This document shows positions 1-9,592 of a stretch of DNA of 64,000 nt, piece after piece (position 1 is the stretch's first letter; every line of letters starts with the position of its first letter). The DNA comes from a virus (taxonomy: Duplodnaviria > Caudoviricetes): positions 184,150 to 248,149 of IMG/VR virus record IMGVR_UViG_3300031555_004524; one strand, 5' to 3'. Both the position numbers and the translations under genes were made by a program. A model generated the notes under the pieces. The model made no database searches, was not told the origin of the DNA, and saw nothing but the letters and a program-made list of their open reading frames with translations.

Positions 1-1650
1 TACTGCTATAACTTTAAGCGTATTATCTACAATTTTACCTGCTTCATCTACTCTTACAATATTTTTATTCACAAGAATATTCTGAGTAAATGATATATTT
101 AATTTATAAGTATCAGGATCAGTTTGATATCCACGTCTCCATGTGATTCCTGTAGATATGAATTGAACTGGAGCATTTGCATTAATATATGAGAATTCCA
201 ATAATCCAGCATATCTCATTATTGTTTTATAATATGATACATATAAAGGATCATCTGTTACTACTGTAGTGAAAGGTACAGTATATACAAATTTATTTGG
301 ATCATTATCTCCAATATATGCAGATAATTCTTCATCATTTTTAATAATAAATCCTTCTTTACCATCAAATCCGATCATGCATCCTGGTTTTAATGCTCTT
401 TTTCTATTTTCTACTGTATCGAAACCATCTGATTTTGACACTCTAATATCAATTGTATTTGTTGGAACTACATTATCATATGAGTCTTTTAAAACTATAT
501 ATGAATAATAAGTTCTTTCAAATTGATTATCCACTTTTTTCTGCACCTGCATTCTCACTAAATCACTTCCAAATATATTGAAATAATTTAATAAGTCTTG
601 CATATTTGTAATACTACCTCTTGAAAGTGCTTCTTTAGGTAATATTCTTCTTAATTCATCTACTGATTTTCTATCTCTACCTCCAGTAGAATTTGTACTT
701 ATAATCATATAGATAGCCATATTTCTATAACCATAGTTTTCTGAATCTATAGCCATATATAAATTCTGATTATATTCAAATTCCCCAGCTTTACCTTGAG
801 TTGTTTTTATTAATACGTCTATCTGAGCATTCATTTCTGGCATATATGAAGAAGAATCAAATCTGACTCTTATTCTATTTGCTTCTATATAACTATAAAA
901 ACAATAATCTTCTAATGTTTGATCTATTGCTGATCCATCAAATACTGGAGTAAGATATACTGTTTTTCCCTTTTCTGTTATTCTAACTTCGAAATTAGCA
1001 AGCTGATTTGTAAATTCAAATTCAAATGTTTTATTTTCAATTGGATTGCTAGTTAATAACTTTCTAGAAATAGTAGAATGCTCAACTTGCATTAACACTG
1101 CTTCTATGAGCAAGTATCTTTCAGTATTATGTATTTGAATAAATGGTGGAGATATGTATGGGTTAGTAATTTCACTTAGAGGGTTATTTCTGCTAATATC
1201 ATATCTGGCGCTATACACTATCTCATTATTTTCTATAATATTTTGTATTATCCATAAATCATATTGTAAATGAAATTCCATATTACCTATGAAAAATGGA
1301 GTTTCCTTATCTAATATAATTCTACCATCTACTAGTATACTATTAATAGTTTTTTCTGGTATACCTATAAATACTCTCATAGTAGAAGGAACCGCATTTA
1401 TATCTGTAATATTTTGGATAATTGCATGTGCAATTACATTCTTTTCAAATTTTGCTTTTGATGGCCACATTTCATTTGCAGTTTCTGACGCTACAATAAC
1501 AGCATTCTGTAAATGAAGTGAATTAGCATCAGCAAAGTATCCATTGATACCAATAGCTCTAGTTCTATCAGATTCATCTGGCATAAATTGTTTCAACAAA
1601 TCCAATGATACTTGATGCATATCATAAATATCTGTACTTAATAACGGCAT
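1..1650 (-). CDS. Baseplate wedge subunit, T4 gp6-like (3' end runs off the window; not in ORF track)
   Basis: Open frame from ATG at 1650 (MPLLSTDIYDMHQ...) to the window edge. Contains STGGRDRKSVDELRRILPKEALSRGSITNMQDL, which matches the gp6/baseplate-J GGxDxESxEELR...R.VT..D pattern. Abuts the stop of the upstream gene. Confidence 0.7.
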   Translation of the reverse strand, partial: MPLLSTDIYDMHQVSLDLLKQFMPDESDRTRAIGINGYFADANSLHLQNAVIVASETANEMWPSKAKFEKNVIAHAIIQNITDINAVPSTMRVFIGIPEKTINSILVDGRIILDKETPFFIGNMEFHLQYDLWIIQNIIENNEIVYSARYDISRNNPLSEITNPYISPPFIQIHNTERYLLIEAVLMQVEHSTISRKLLTSNPIENKTFEFEFTNQLANFEVRITEKGKTVYLTPVFDGSAIDQTLEDYCFYSYIEANRIRVRFDSSSYMPEMNAQIDVLIKTTQGKAGEFEYNQNLYMAIDSENYGYRNMAIYMIISTNSTGGRDRKSVDELRRILPKEALSRGSITNMQDLLNYFNIFGSDLVRMQVQKKVDNQFERTYYSYIVLKDSYDNVVPTNTIDIRVSKSDGFDTVENRKRALKPGCMIGFDGKEGFIIKNDEELSAYIGDNDPNKFVYTVPFTTVVTDDPLYVSYYKTIMRYAGLLEFSYINANAPVQFISTGITWRRGYQTDPDTYKLNISFTQNILVNKNIVRVDEAGKIVDNTLKVIAV

Positions 1651-2736
1651 TTATTTCATCCTCCATTTTAATTTATAGTCATATTTCATTGAACTTGGAC
1701 CTAACCATTGAGAATACGAACTTTTATTTTTTCTAACTACCCAAGGTGTCAAAGCCCATGTTCCGTCTATACCTTTAATTTCATCATTGTATATATCTAA
1801 ATATTTAGGAGTACTATTAAGAGACATCGATTCGCTAATTAATTGATTGAAATATACTAAAATATATGGTTTCATATCATCGATAAATTGTATCTTAAAT
1901 GGAACCTGATATCTTAATCCACCTTCAACCTTTACATCAGAGAATGCTTCTCTAGGAACACTCTTCGGATAAACTCCAACGCCATATGCATAATATATTA
2001 TAGTTTCATAATCTTCATCAACTATAAATTTATATACTGCGAATTGATCGTGGAGTTCTTTATATTCTATATATCTATTAAAATTGTACCCTTCAGTGGA
2101 TTCAGGTGCACTATTAATATTTGGAGGCGATACAATACCATCTCGTTTTAATCTCTCATATTCATCGTATGCTTTAAAGAAATGGTACAATTCCAAATAT
2201 TTAGTATCTTCAAATTCTAATGTAGATTCTGCTCCTTCGTCTGATGAAAATCCGTTACCTCTATATGTAATCTGTGTTCCATATATTGTAGCGGAAGTAT
2301 CTATATCTTCAGTTGTGATTTCTGGCAAATCTAATGTATTTTTTACTGAATTCGATAGAATGTTTATAAATGGTGAAAAACTAGACGTTTTCGTAGTATG
2401 TGCACTTCGCTGCAATTGTGTTATGACCTCTGGATATCTTTGAGATAATTCTACAAAGAATGCATTATTACTAAGCTGAGGATTCAATGTATTAGTTCCA
2501 GGTTTGTAAATATGTAAATCTGGTTTAGTAAAGAACAAATACTCTCTGGTATTTGTTAATGAATTATAAGGGTCAATAACCCCAAATCTATTAAATTTTG
2601 TATACCACTCGATATCTTGTCTATTATATATATTAGACGACTGTAGTATCTTTCCCATATCTTTTATGGAAGAAATATCTGATGTAAAAATACCAGATTT
2701 AGTTCCAGTTGTTTTTTCTAAAGGCATATAAGTCAC
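1651..2736 (-). CDS. Virion tail/baseplate protein (possibly tail-tube-like)
   Basis: 361-aa ORF co-oriented with the baseplate wedge and preceded by an AACA-N6-TA late promoter at 2753-2764. The specific function is a guess. Confidence 0.45.
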   Translation of the reverse strand: MTYMPLEKTTGTKSGIFTSDISSIKDMGKILQSSNIYNRQDIEWYTKFNRFGVIDPYNSLTNTREYLFFTKPDLHIYKPGTNTLNPQLSNNAFFVELSQRYPEVITQLQRSAHTTKTSSFSPFINILSNSVKNTLDLPEITTEDIDTSATIYGTQITYRGNGFSSDEGAESTLEFEDTKYLELYHFFKAYDEYERLKRDGIVSPPNINSAPESTEGYNFNRYIEYKELHDQFAVYKFIVDEDYETIIYYAYGVGVYPKSVPREAFSDVKVEGGLRYQVPFKIQFIDDMKPYILVYFNQLISESMSLNSTPKYLDIYNDEIKGIDGTWALTPWVVRKNKSSYSQWLGPSSMKYDYKLKWRMK

Positions 2737-2752
2737 CGACCTTTCGTACGAT

Positions 2753-2764
2753 TATCGGTATGTT
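2753..2764 (-). promoter_or_regulatory. Late-type promoter AACA-N6-TA
   Basis: Minus strand AACA TACCGA TA just upstream of the 1651-2736 gene. Confidence 0.7.
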
Positions 2765-2789
2765 TTTATTATGACAAAATACGCTTCAA

Positions 2790-2808
2790 TTGCATATTAT
2801 ACTTATGA
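2790..2808 (+). promoter_or_regulatory. Early-type promoter TTR-YATATTAT-N5-TGA
   Basis: TTG CATATTAT ACTTA TGA; the same motif recurs upstream of other accessory genes. Confidence 0.6.
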
Positions 2809-2970
2809 CGTTTGAATGAGAAACGAGAAAATAACAACAAGGTATCATAATGGTTAATTATATCGAATATATAAAAATTATTAAATATTATAAATCTTAA
2901 CCTTCTCAACTTTATGTGACAATAATGCCAAATTGTAACAGATTAACAAGAAGAGAGGAGATTAAATAAT

Positions 2971-3252
2971 ATGACAATTGAAACAATATTAGGATTAGCA
3001 GTACCAATTATAGGAGGTATTGCTGAAATAGCAAAAAGTAATAAACCATCAGTAGTAGAAAAAGTTGAAGTAAAGGAAACTATGCCAGTAGTACAACCAC
3101 AGCAACAAGCTATGATTAAACCTATTAATCAGATTGATCATACCCAACCACCAATAAACGTTAATTTTAATTTAAATATTTTCATTAATGGTAAAAAGAT
3201 GGGTGAGAAAGAATCAGATCCAATAGGTAATAGAATTATTATAGATGCGTAG
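2971..3252 (+). CDS. Small hypothetical protein with hydrophobic N-terminus
   Basis: 93 aa; GAGAGGAG RBS; N-terminus ILGLAVPIIGGIAEIA. Confidence 0.7.
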   Translation: MTIETILGLAVPIIGGIAEIAKSNKPSVVEKVEVKETMPVVQPQQQAMIKPINQIDHTQPPINVNFNLNIFINGKKMGEKESDPIGNRIIIDA

Positions 3253-3289
3253 TTTGACCATGGATGATACCTTTATTTTTTTACCTTTT

Positions 3290-3301
3290 AACATTGAGTT
3301 A
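3290..3301 (+). promoter_or_regulatory. Late-type promoter AACA-N6-TA
   Basis: AACA TTGAGT TA upstream of the 3333 operon. Confidence 0.7.
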
Positions 3302-3332
3302 ATATTAAGAAAGGAAAGGAAGGTCTGCATAA

Positions 3333-4784
3333 ATGAAGTATGATACACTCCACGAAACAGTTATAAGAGACGTGTTAGATATACTTTCTGATACAAAACA
3401 GGCTGCTGATAAATCTATTACGCCGAGTTCACGTGTTGCTAGGTCAGGTTCAATAAGTAAGGCAACTTCTGGTCTTACTTTAGTATTTCCTGTCATTGGG
3501 TCTACTAATAATTCATTAGAGACTAACACTATGGTTGTAAAAGCTGTCGAAAGACAAGCAGTATCACTTTTACAGATTGCATTTTCTGCATTCAACCTTA
3601 CAAATGCAGCAGATGCTACAGAATTTATTAAACAATTTCATACCAATTTAAGTGGTGGAAAATTATCCTTAGATCAGTTTATTGAAATTATGGATGATTA
3701 TGTGCAAGAGAATGGTTTAGTGCCACGAGAAACCAGAGGAATGTACAACGCTGTTTTAGAAGACCTTAGAAATTTATCATACCATTTTGCGGATGATATT
3801 TCTGAATCTTCTATCAACCAGTTTAAAGTTCGTCAGATGGGATTTAATCGAGTAGTGATTAAAGAAGAATTATCTGAAGATGAAAAAGATGCTATGAAGA
3901 GAGATGAGCATGAATGGAAAGGCAACCAGCAGTATTATGATTATATGGGAAATGTCCGTTCAGATGCTAAAGATAAAAGAGATGCTGAAAAGCATAAATG
4001 GGATAAAGAAGATCGAGAGAGAAATATTGCTAGAGATAAAAGAATTGATAAAAGATTAGATATGAGAAATGATATTCAGAATCAGAAAGATATGACTGAT
4101 GTATTCAAGAATCAAATTTTATCTAGCGATGTTAAGAAGATCAATGAAATGGTTCCAACTATGATGATTGTAAATTTCATTACAGTTGATAAATCAATTG
4201 AACAGCCAATTTTAAGACAGGTTGTAATTGGAGTTAAAGCGAAATTCTATCCAGCTGATTCTCAGGATGTAGTAAATAAGATTATCACAAAACACGTTGA
4301 TGGTAATTTATTACTCAAACTTGTAAAAGCATCTACTAGAGAAATCAGTTTTGTTAAAGATTTCTTATTTGCAATTGATAATGCTAAATTATCTGCAGTT
4401 GCAAATTCTAAACATGGTTCTAGAACTAATAAGTTATTAAAAGTTTTAGAACGTAGAGCATTAGGTGGTAAGATTCGTAAAACATTTAAACTTGATAATG
4501 CATTCAAAGCTATTTCTACTTTAGTTATTTCTAAAGACGAAGCAGACTATATTATGCAGGAAAATAAGATTGATGTTACTAATCCTAGAATAATGCGACC
4601 TATTATGGAAAAATTAAACTTGATGATGTTTATCATTGCAGATGAATCTTCAGAGTCTATTCAGATGATTATGGATAGCGGAGACGATGTATATGAAACA
4701 TTATCTTTCTCTCAGTTAGAACGAGAAGCATCAGATTCAAGTTCTAAGAAAGCAATTAACCTCATGACTAAAATGGTTAGATAA
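3333..4784 (+). CDS. Virion (head) structural protein
   Basis: 483 aa; late promoter; several [ILV]-x-E motifs; codon usage typical of highly expressed genes. Confidence 0.6.
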   Translation: MKYDTLHETVIRDVLDILSDTKQAADKSITPSSRVARSGSISKATSGLTLVFPVIGSTNNSLETNTMVVKAVERQAVSLLQIAFSAFNLTNAADATEFIKQFHTNLSGGKLSLDQFIEIMDDYVQENGLVPRETRGMYNAVLEDLRNLSYHFADDISESSINQFKVRQMGFNRVVIKEELSEDEKDAMKRDEHEWKGNQQYYDYMGNVRSDAKDKRDAEKHKWDKEDRERNIARDKRIDKRLDMRNDIQNQKDMTDVFKNQILSSDVKKINEMVPTMMIVNFITVDKSIEQPILRQVVIGVKAKFYPADSQDVVNKIITKHVDGNLLLKLVKASTREISFVKDFLFAIDNAKLSAVANSKHGSRTNKLLKVLERRALGGKIRKTFKLDNAFKAISTLVISKDEADYIMQENKIDVTNPRIMRPIMEKLNLMMFIIADESSESIQMIMDSGDDVYETLSFSQLEREASDSSSKKAINLMTKMVR

Positions 4785-4810
4785 TTTTAAGGAAAGGAGG
4801 ATAATTAGAG

Positions 4811-5878
4811 ATGGATTATAAAACATATTCAAATTTTATTAATGAGTATTTTGATATTAAAGATTCAGTAACAAGAAAGAAACTTGTTAGTCTATCAGAA
4901 GCAAAAGATCAGAATGCTGCATTATTAAGCGCTTCTATTAAATTATATGAATTAATTGAAGCTAAAGTTACTGATATTGATTTTGGTGAAATTCCTAAAT
5001 CTAAAGGTGACATTACAAAGATTCCAAATTTTATGGAATTAGTTGAATGCACAAATACAATTCATACTATCTTAGTACAGAATAAACAGTCCACTGAAAG
5101 TACTGATACTATTCTCAACGCTATTGAAAATATGAAAGTATTAAAACCAGAATTTGAGAAAGCATTTGTTATCAATTGTGATATTGTTGTATTATTATAT
5201 AATACTATGGCATTATCTATTGTAAGTGCTGTATCTTATTTGATTTCAACTACAATTGATTTTGTGAGAGATCCAGCTGTAGGATCATATGAAATTTCTT
5301 TACAGAATACCTCAAAAACAAAATCTAAAGACCATATTTTATATAAAAATCTCAAAAAGTTTAACAAATCATGTGCAACAGGTCAGATGAAAAAATCACT
5401 TATAGATCTTCTTAGAGCTACAAGTGGTGTAAATGAATCTGGTGAAGTTGCTACATTGTTAAGTGAAGAAAAAACTGCTGTTACAGAAGAAGCATTCACT
5501 GCTATCGTTGCAGCTATTGCTGGTACAGCTACTATTATTGCATTAATAGGAATTTTATTACCTATTATTCAAGAAGTAGTTTGTTTCTTTTACTGTGCTA
5601 AACAGAGTATTTCTGATTACTTTAGCATTCAATCTGACGTAGTTAGATTAAATGCTGAAAATGTAAAACTGGATATGACAAAAACTCCAGCAGAAAGAGA
5701 AAAAATATATAAGAAACAGGTTAAAATTGCAGATAGTTTTAAGAAAATAAGTACAAAATTATCTGTAAAAATGAAAGGATCTAATAAATCTGCGGAAACA
5801 ATGATTGATAAAGAAAGATCTTCTAAAATGAAATTTACTAGTGCTGATGCTACAATTGCACCATCAAGCATTTTCTAG
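4811..5878 (+). CDS. Virion structural protein with hydrophobic segment
   Basis: 355 aa; AGGAGG RBS; hydrophobic stretch AIVAAIAGTATIIALIGILLPII preceded by VNE/LSEE/VTEE motifs. Confidence 0.6.
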   Translation: MDYKTYSNFINEYFDIKDSVTRKKLVSLSEAKDQNAALLSASIKLYELIEAKVTDIDFGEIPKSKGDITKIPNFMELVECTNTIHTILVQNKQSTESTDTILNAIENMKVLKPEFEKAFVINCDIVVLLYNTMALSIVSAVSYLISTTIDFVRDPAVGSYEISLQNTSKTKSKDHILYKNLKKFNKSCATGQMKKSLIDLLRATSGVNESGEVATLLSEEKTAVTEEAFTAIVAAIAGTATIIALIGILLPIIQEVVCFFYCAKQSISDYFSIQSDVVRLNAENVKLDMTKTPAEREKIYKKQVKIADSFKKISTKLSVKMKGSNKSAETMIDKERSSKMKFTSADATIAPSSIF

Positions 5879-5895
5879 TAAATATAAAGATATTA

Positions 5896-5907
5896 AACAT
5901 ATCTATA
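5896..5907 (+). promoter_or_regulatory. Late-type promoter AACA-N6-TA
   Basis: AACA TATCTA TA. Confidence 0.7.
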
Positions 5908-6008
5908 ATCGCATAGTTTGATCTTACAAGATGGCATACTATGTCAACAATTAAGTAAAATATTCAAAATTCAATTTTTAAGTGAAAAGAAAGAAGGAGG
6001 ACATTACT

Positions 6009-7102
6009 ATGGGAATGTTTGGATTAGACTTTGCACAGGAAAGTGCAATTAATTCTGGATTAGGATTCGAATATACAGCAGAAGACGATGCGATGATGGA
6101 AGCATTTGATGCTATTGAATGTTTCGAAGATCCTGAATTCGCATTTGGACGTTTAGCATTAGAAAATGCTACTAACTTCCACAACTTAACAATGGCTATC
6201 GCTATTGACGAAATGAACACACTTATCGCTACAAAAGAAGAAGTTGTTTACGAAGAAAGCAAATTCGCTAGCATCATGGATAAAGTTAAAAAAGCTATCC
6301 AGTCAGCTTGGCAGAAAGCTAAAGGCGTGTTTGAAAAAGTTATGAATATCATTTCTGGATGGGTTCAGAATGATAAAAAATTTGTAGAAACTCACAAGAA
6401 AGCTGTAAATAAGTTCAAAGGAACAGTTACAGTTAAAGGTTATAACTTTACACATCTTGAAGAGGATATTGAAGCAGGAGCAGCAGAAGCTTTTGATAAA
6501 TCTCTTAAAGCTGTAAACCTTGATACAGTTGCAGATCCAGAAAAAGCATTACTCGATGCAACAAAAGGTGATATGGGTGGATTTGGTGATAAGATGAGAG
6601 CTAACTGTGTTCCTGGATTCTCTGGAAAATCTCTTGAAGCAGGAAAATTCACAAAAGAACTCAACAAATACTTTAGAAATGGTGAAGAAGAAGCAAAAGA
6701 AATTAAATTTACAGCAGCTAATGGAGAAAAACTTCTTAACGAAGTATCTTCATGCAAAACAGCAAAAGCTTCTGCAAAAGCATCATATGAAGGTGTTAAG
6801 AAATACTTCAAATTCCTTATTGCAGCTGCAGATAAGGTCGAGCTCAGGCAAATAATGCAGTTAAAAATAAGAGGGATGCTAGCCATGCTGATAAAGTATC
6901 AAAAGCAGTTGGTAAATGGACATCATGCTGTAATCAGGCAATCAATATTGCTCATGCTATGATGAATGCTCACATTGCAAATATTAATGCTGCTCATAAC
7001 CAGGCTAAAAAAGTAGTTGTAGCTATGGCTAACGGTGGAGATAAAGAAGAAAAGAAAGAAAAAGTTGGTGATTCAGCTTTAGAATCAGTTGTATTTATCT
7101 AA
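6009..7102 (+). CDS. Internal head protein, frameshifted near 6836 (true end probably TAA 7100-7102)
   Basis: AAGGAGG RBS then ATG at 6009. The 0 frame becomes codon-atypical at 6836, where the -1 frame opens and reads RAQANNAVKNK...SALESVVFI* to 7102. A terminator follows. Confidence 0.7.
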
Positions 7103-7150
7103 TGCAAAACTTGTATCAGGCAAACTGATTAAAATGCATAAAACAAAAGA

Positions 7151-7183
7151 TTGGGGTTGCCAATTGGCAACTCCATTTTCTTT
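7151..7183 (+). terminator. Rho-independent terminator
   Basis: TGGGGTTGCC-AATT-GGCAACTCCA followed by a T-rich tract. Confidence 0.7.
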
Positions 7184-7213
7184 TATCTAAATAATTGAGG
7201 AGGATAAGTTCCA

Positions 7214-9577
7214 ATGAGCAATCTTTTGAATTTAGATCATATGTTTATAGAAAGCTCTTTTTTAAAAGCTTTAAATAATTCTGTTATTTCTGAATCATAC
7301 AGATCTTCAGTATTAGGTCCATTAAAAACTTTTAACGAATCTTTTAATATTAATACTGAAAAATTATATATGAGTATTTCAGAAGCAGAATCGAAAGAAA
7401 AAGAAAATGATATTTTTACTCATTATTTTAGTGAAATTGAAAAATCATTTTCTGAATTAATTAAACAGATATCTGAAGTTGAATCTAGATTTGTTATTAG
7501 AGTAGATAATATGGTAGATGCAAATATGGATATTCTTAAAAACACATCTGCACTTTCAGATTGTAAACCATTTCATTATCGAATGTATGAATTTAAAAAT
7601 ATTTCAGATGCAGATTTTCCTAAGATTAACCCATTATCAATTTATAATAAAGAATTTGATTTCATGGGACAGCTGTTACAGGATCTCGGTCCAGCTGCAA
7701 CAAATCAAATGAAATTGCAGGTTATTGCATCTGTATACAATATGCTCAATAAAGGAAATTCAGATCAGCTTACTAAGAAATGTGTAAAAGATATCTTAGA
7801 TATGGATGATGATGACGATTGTGATATCGCTAAATTTCCTAAAAAATTATATGAAAAATTTAGAAAAGATGAAGCAAAAGATCAAACTATTGATAAAGGA
7901 ATACTTTATTCAATTCAGTTGTCTTTAAAGAATTATAAGACAGCTGTTGCTGCTGCTACATCTACATCAGATAAATTGATTTCACAGTTTGAAGAAATAA
8001 AGAGAAGTCTTTTAAGTTTTATTTCTGGAACTCCAAAGAATACTCTTGAAATTAACACTCCAACTGATGGGGTTAAAAATACTACTTATAAAGTAGATAC
8101 ATATACAATGAATCAGTTAGATTTATTTATGAAAACTAAAATAAATCAGATTGTTCAGATGGCTAATATCTACGTTATTGCGTTATCTGTTAAACTTGAT
8201 GCTATTGTAGAATATTATAAACAATGTAAAGATATTTTAGTAATGGCTGAAATGAATTCTTCTGGTATTCCTGGAACTTCAGAGGATAATCAGGTTGATA
8301 CTGATACAAATATGGGAGATGAATATCCTGTAGAAGATGACGGTCCAACTGGAGAAGAAGATCCAGAGGATGATGACGATGACGATTCTGATGACGGAGA
8401 TGACGATTTATCTGAACCTACGGATGGCGATGATAACAATACAGATTTATCTACAGAACCAGTAAATGATGATAACGATACTGTTTCAGATAATAGTGAA
8501 CCGTCAAATGATAATTCTGATAAGGATGATTTATCAGATGAGTTAGATGAAGCTATGAAAGATTTCGAAGAAGCATGTATTTTAGCTGAATATCAGATAT
8601 TTGCTATTGAGCAGGAAAATGCTAGAAATGAAATGTATAATAGAGTATTATCATACTACAATGAAGATGGAGAAGGATCAGGCGATGGTCAGAGTAGAAG
8701 TGGTACTACTTCATCTACAACAACCACATCAACAACTACAAGCTCTAGTAGTGGAGGAACAAGTATTTCTAACGCTAAGAAAGCTGTTGATCAGTCTGGT
8801 AAGGAATCTATCATCAATGCTATTATTAGAAAATTAGATGAACTTTGGAGAAATTTCCAGGAAAAGATTTTTGTTCAATCTACTAGACGTTTAGAAGTTT
8901 TAAAGAAAAATGAGCGTTATATTAACACTGAACCTTTTGATATGTCTGGTGATAATATTATGCCACGAATCAAAACAGAAGCTATTTCTGATATCTCTAT
9001 ACCAGATTTCAACTATAACACTATGAAAGAAAGATTATCTAATGAAGATGAATTTTTCAAGAAATCATGGCCTAATATCGAAAAATCTGATGATCAGAAA
9101 GTCAGTGATGCAGTTATTAATCATATTATTGATTATAACGATCCATATAAGAATACAAAAGAAATTCTTCCAGCTAAAGCATACAATTGGTGTAAAACAT
9201 ATCCATCTATGAAAGATCAGTTAGCTAAAGATATGAGTATTCTTAAAAAAGGTCAGAATAATGCTAAAAGAGTAGCTAAACAGGCAGTAAATTCTGAAAG
9301 TGCAACTTTAGAAAATACTATGAAATCATATTTCTTAGAATTTGATAAACCAGAAGAACCAAAGAAAGATCCTTCTGATAATACACCATCAGATAATGCT
9401 CCAGCAAATGTGACAGTATATTTTAAAGTATGTAATCAGGTATGTAGAGCAAAACTTACAGCTATCCAGAGAACTTTCAATGAATATACTGCATATTTAT
9501 TATGGCATATTAACAAGAGACGTGAAAATGAAGGTTCGCCAAAAATTGGTTGGATAAATCAAAAGAATAATAAATAG
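7214..9577 (+). CDS. Large internal head protein with acidic and Ser/Thr linkers
   Basis: 787 aa; two apparent domains separated by a D/E-rich linker and an S/T run; many x-x-E motifs. Confidence 0.6.
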   Translation: MSNLLNLDHMFIESSFLKALNNSVISESYRSSVLGPLKTFNESFNINTEKLYMSISEAESKEKENDIFTHYFSEIEKSFSELIKQISEVESRFVIRVDNMVDANMDILKNTSALSDCKPFHYRMYEFKNISDADFPKINPLSIYNKEFDFMGQLLQDLGPAATNQMKLQVIASVYNMLNKGNSDQLTKKCVKDILDMDDDDDCDIAKFPKKLYEKFRKDEAKDQTIDKGILYSIQLSLKNYKTAVAAATSTSDKLISQFEEIKRSLLSFISGTPKNTLEINTPTDGVKNTTYKVDTYTMNQLDLFMKTKINQIVQMANIYVIALSVKLDAIVEYYKQCKDILVMAEMNSSGIPGTSEDNQVDTDTNMGDEYPVEDDGPTGEEDPEDDDDDDSDDGDDDLSEPTDGDDNNTDLSTEPVNDDNDTVSDNSEPSNDNSDKDDLSDELDEAMKDFEEACILAEYQIFAIEQENARNEMYNRVLSYYNEDGEGSGDGQSRSGTTSSTTTTSTTTSSSSGGTSISNAKKAVDQSGKESIINAIIRKLDELWRNFQEKIFVQSTRRLEVLKKNERYINTEPFDMSGDNIMPRIKTEAISDISIPDFNYNTMKERLSNEDEFFKKSWPNIEKSDDQKVSDAVINHIIDYNDPYKNTKEILPAKAYNWCKTYPSMKDQLAKDMSILKKGQNNAKRVAKQAVNSESATLENTMKSYFLEFDKPEEPKKDPSDNTPSDNAPANVTVYFKVCNQVCRAKLTAIQRTFNEYTAYLLWHINKRRENEGSPKIGWINQKNNK

Positions 9578-9592
9578 GAGGTAACTTGAGAA

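Noticed and set aside
269-2443. Plus-strand ORFs 269-508, 1289-1516 and 2084-2443, and similar short opposite-strand ORFs throughout
   Set aside because: They lie antisense to long genes with RBS and promoter support.
6836-6962. ORF-track C-terminus VELRQIMQLK... and a programmed frameshift here
   Set aside because: The codons are atypical and no X XXY YYZ slippery site is present. A single-base indel explains it better.
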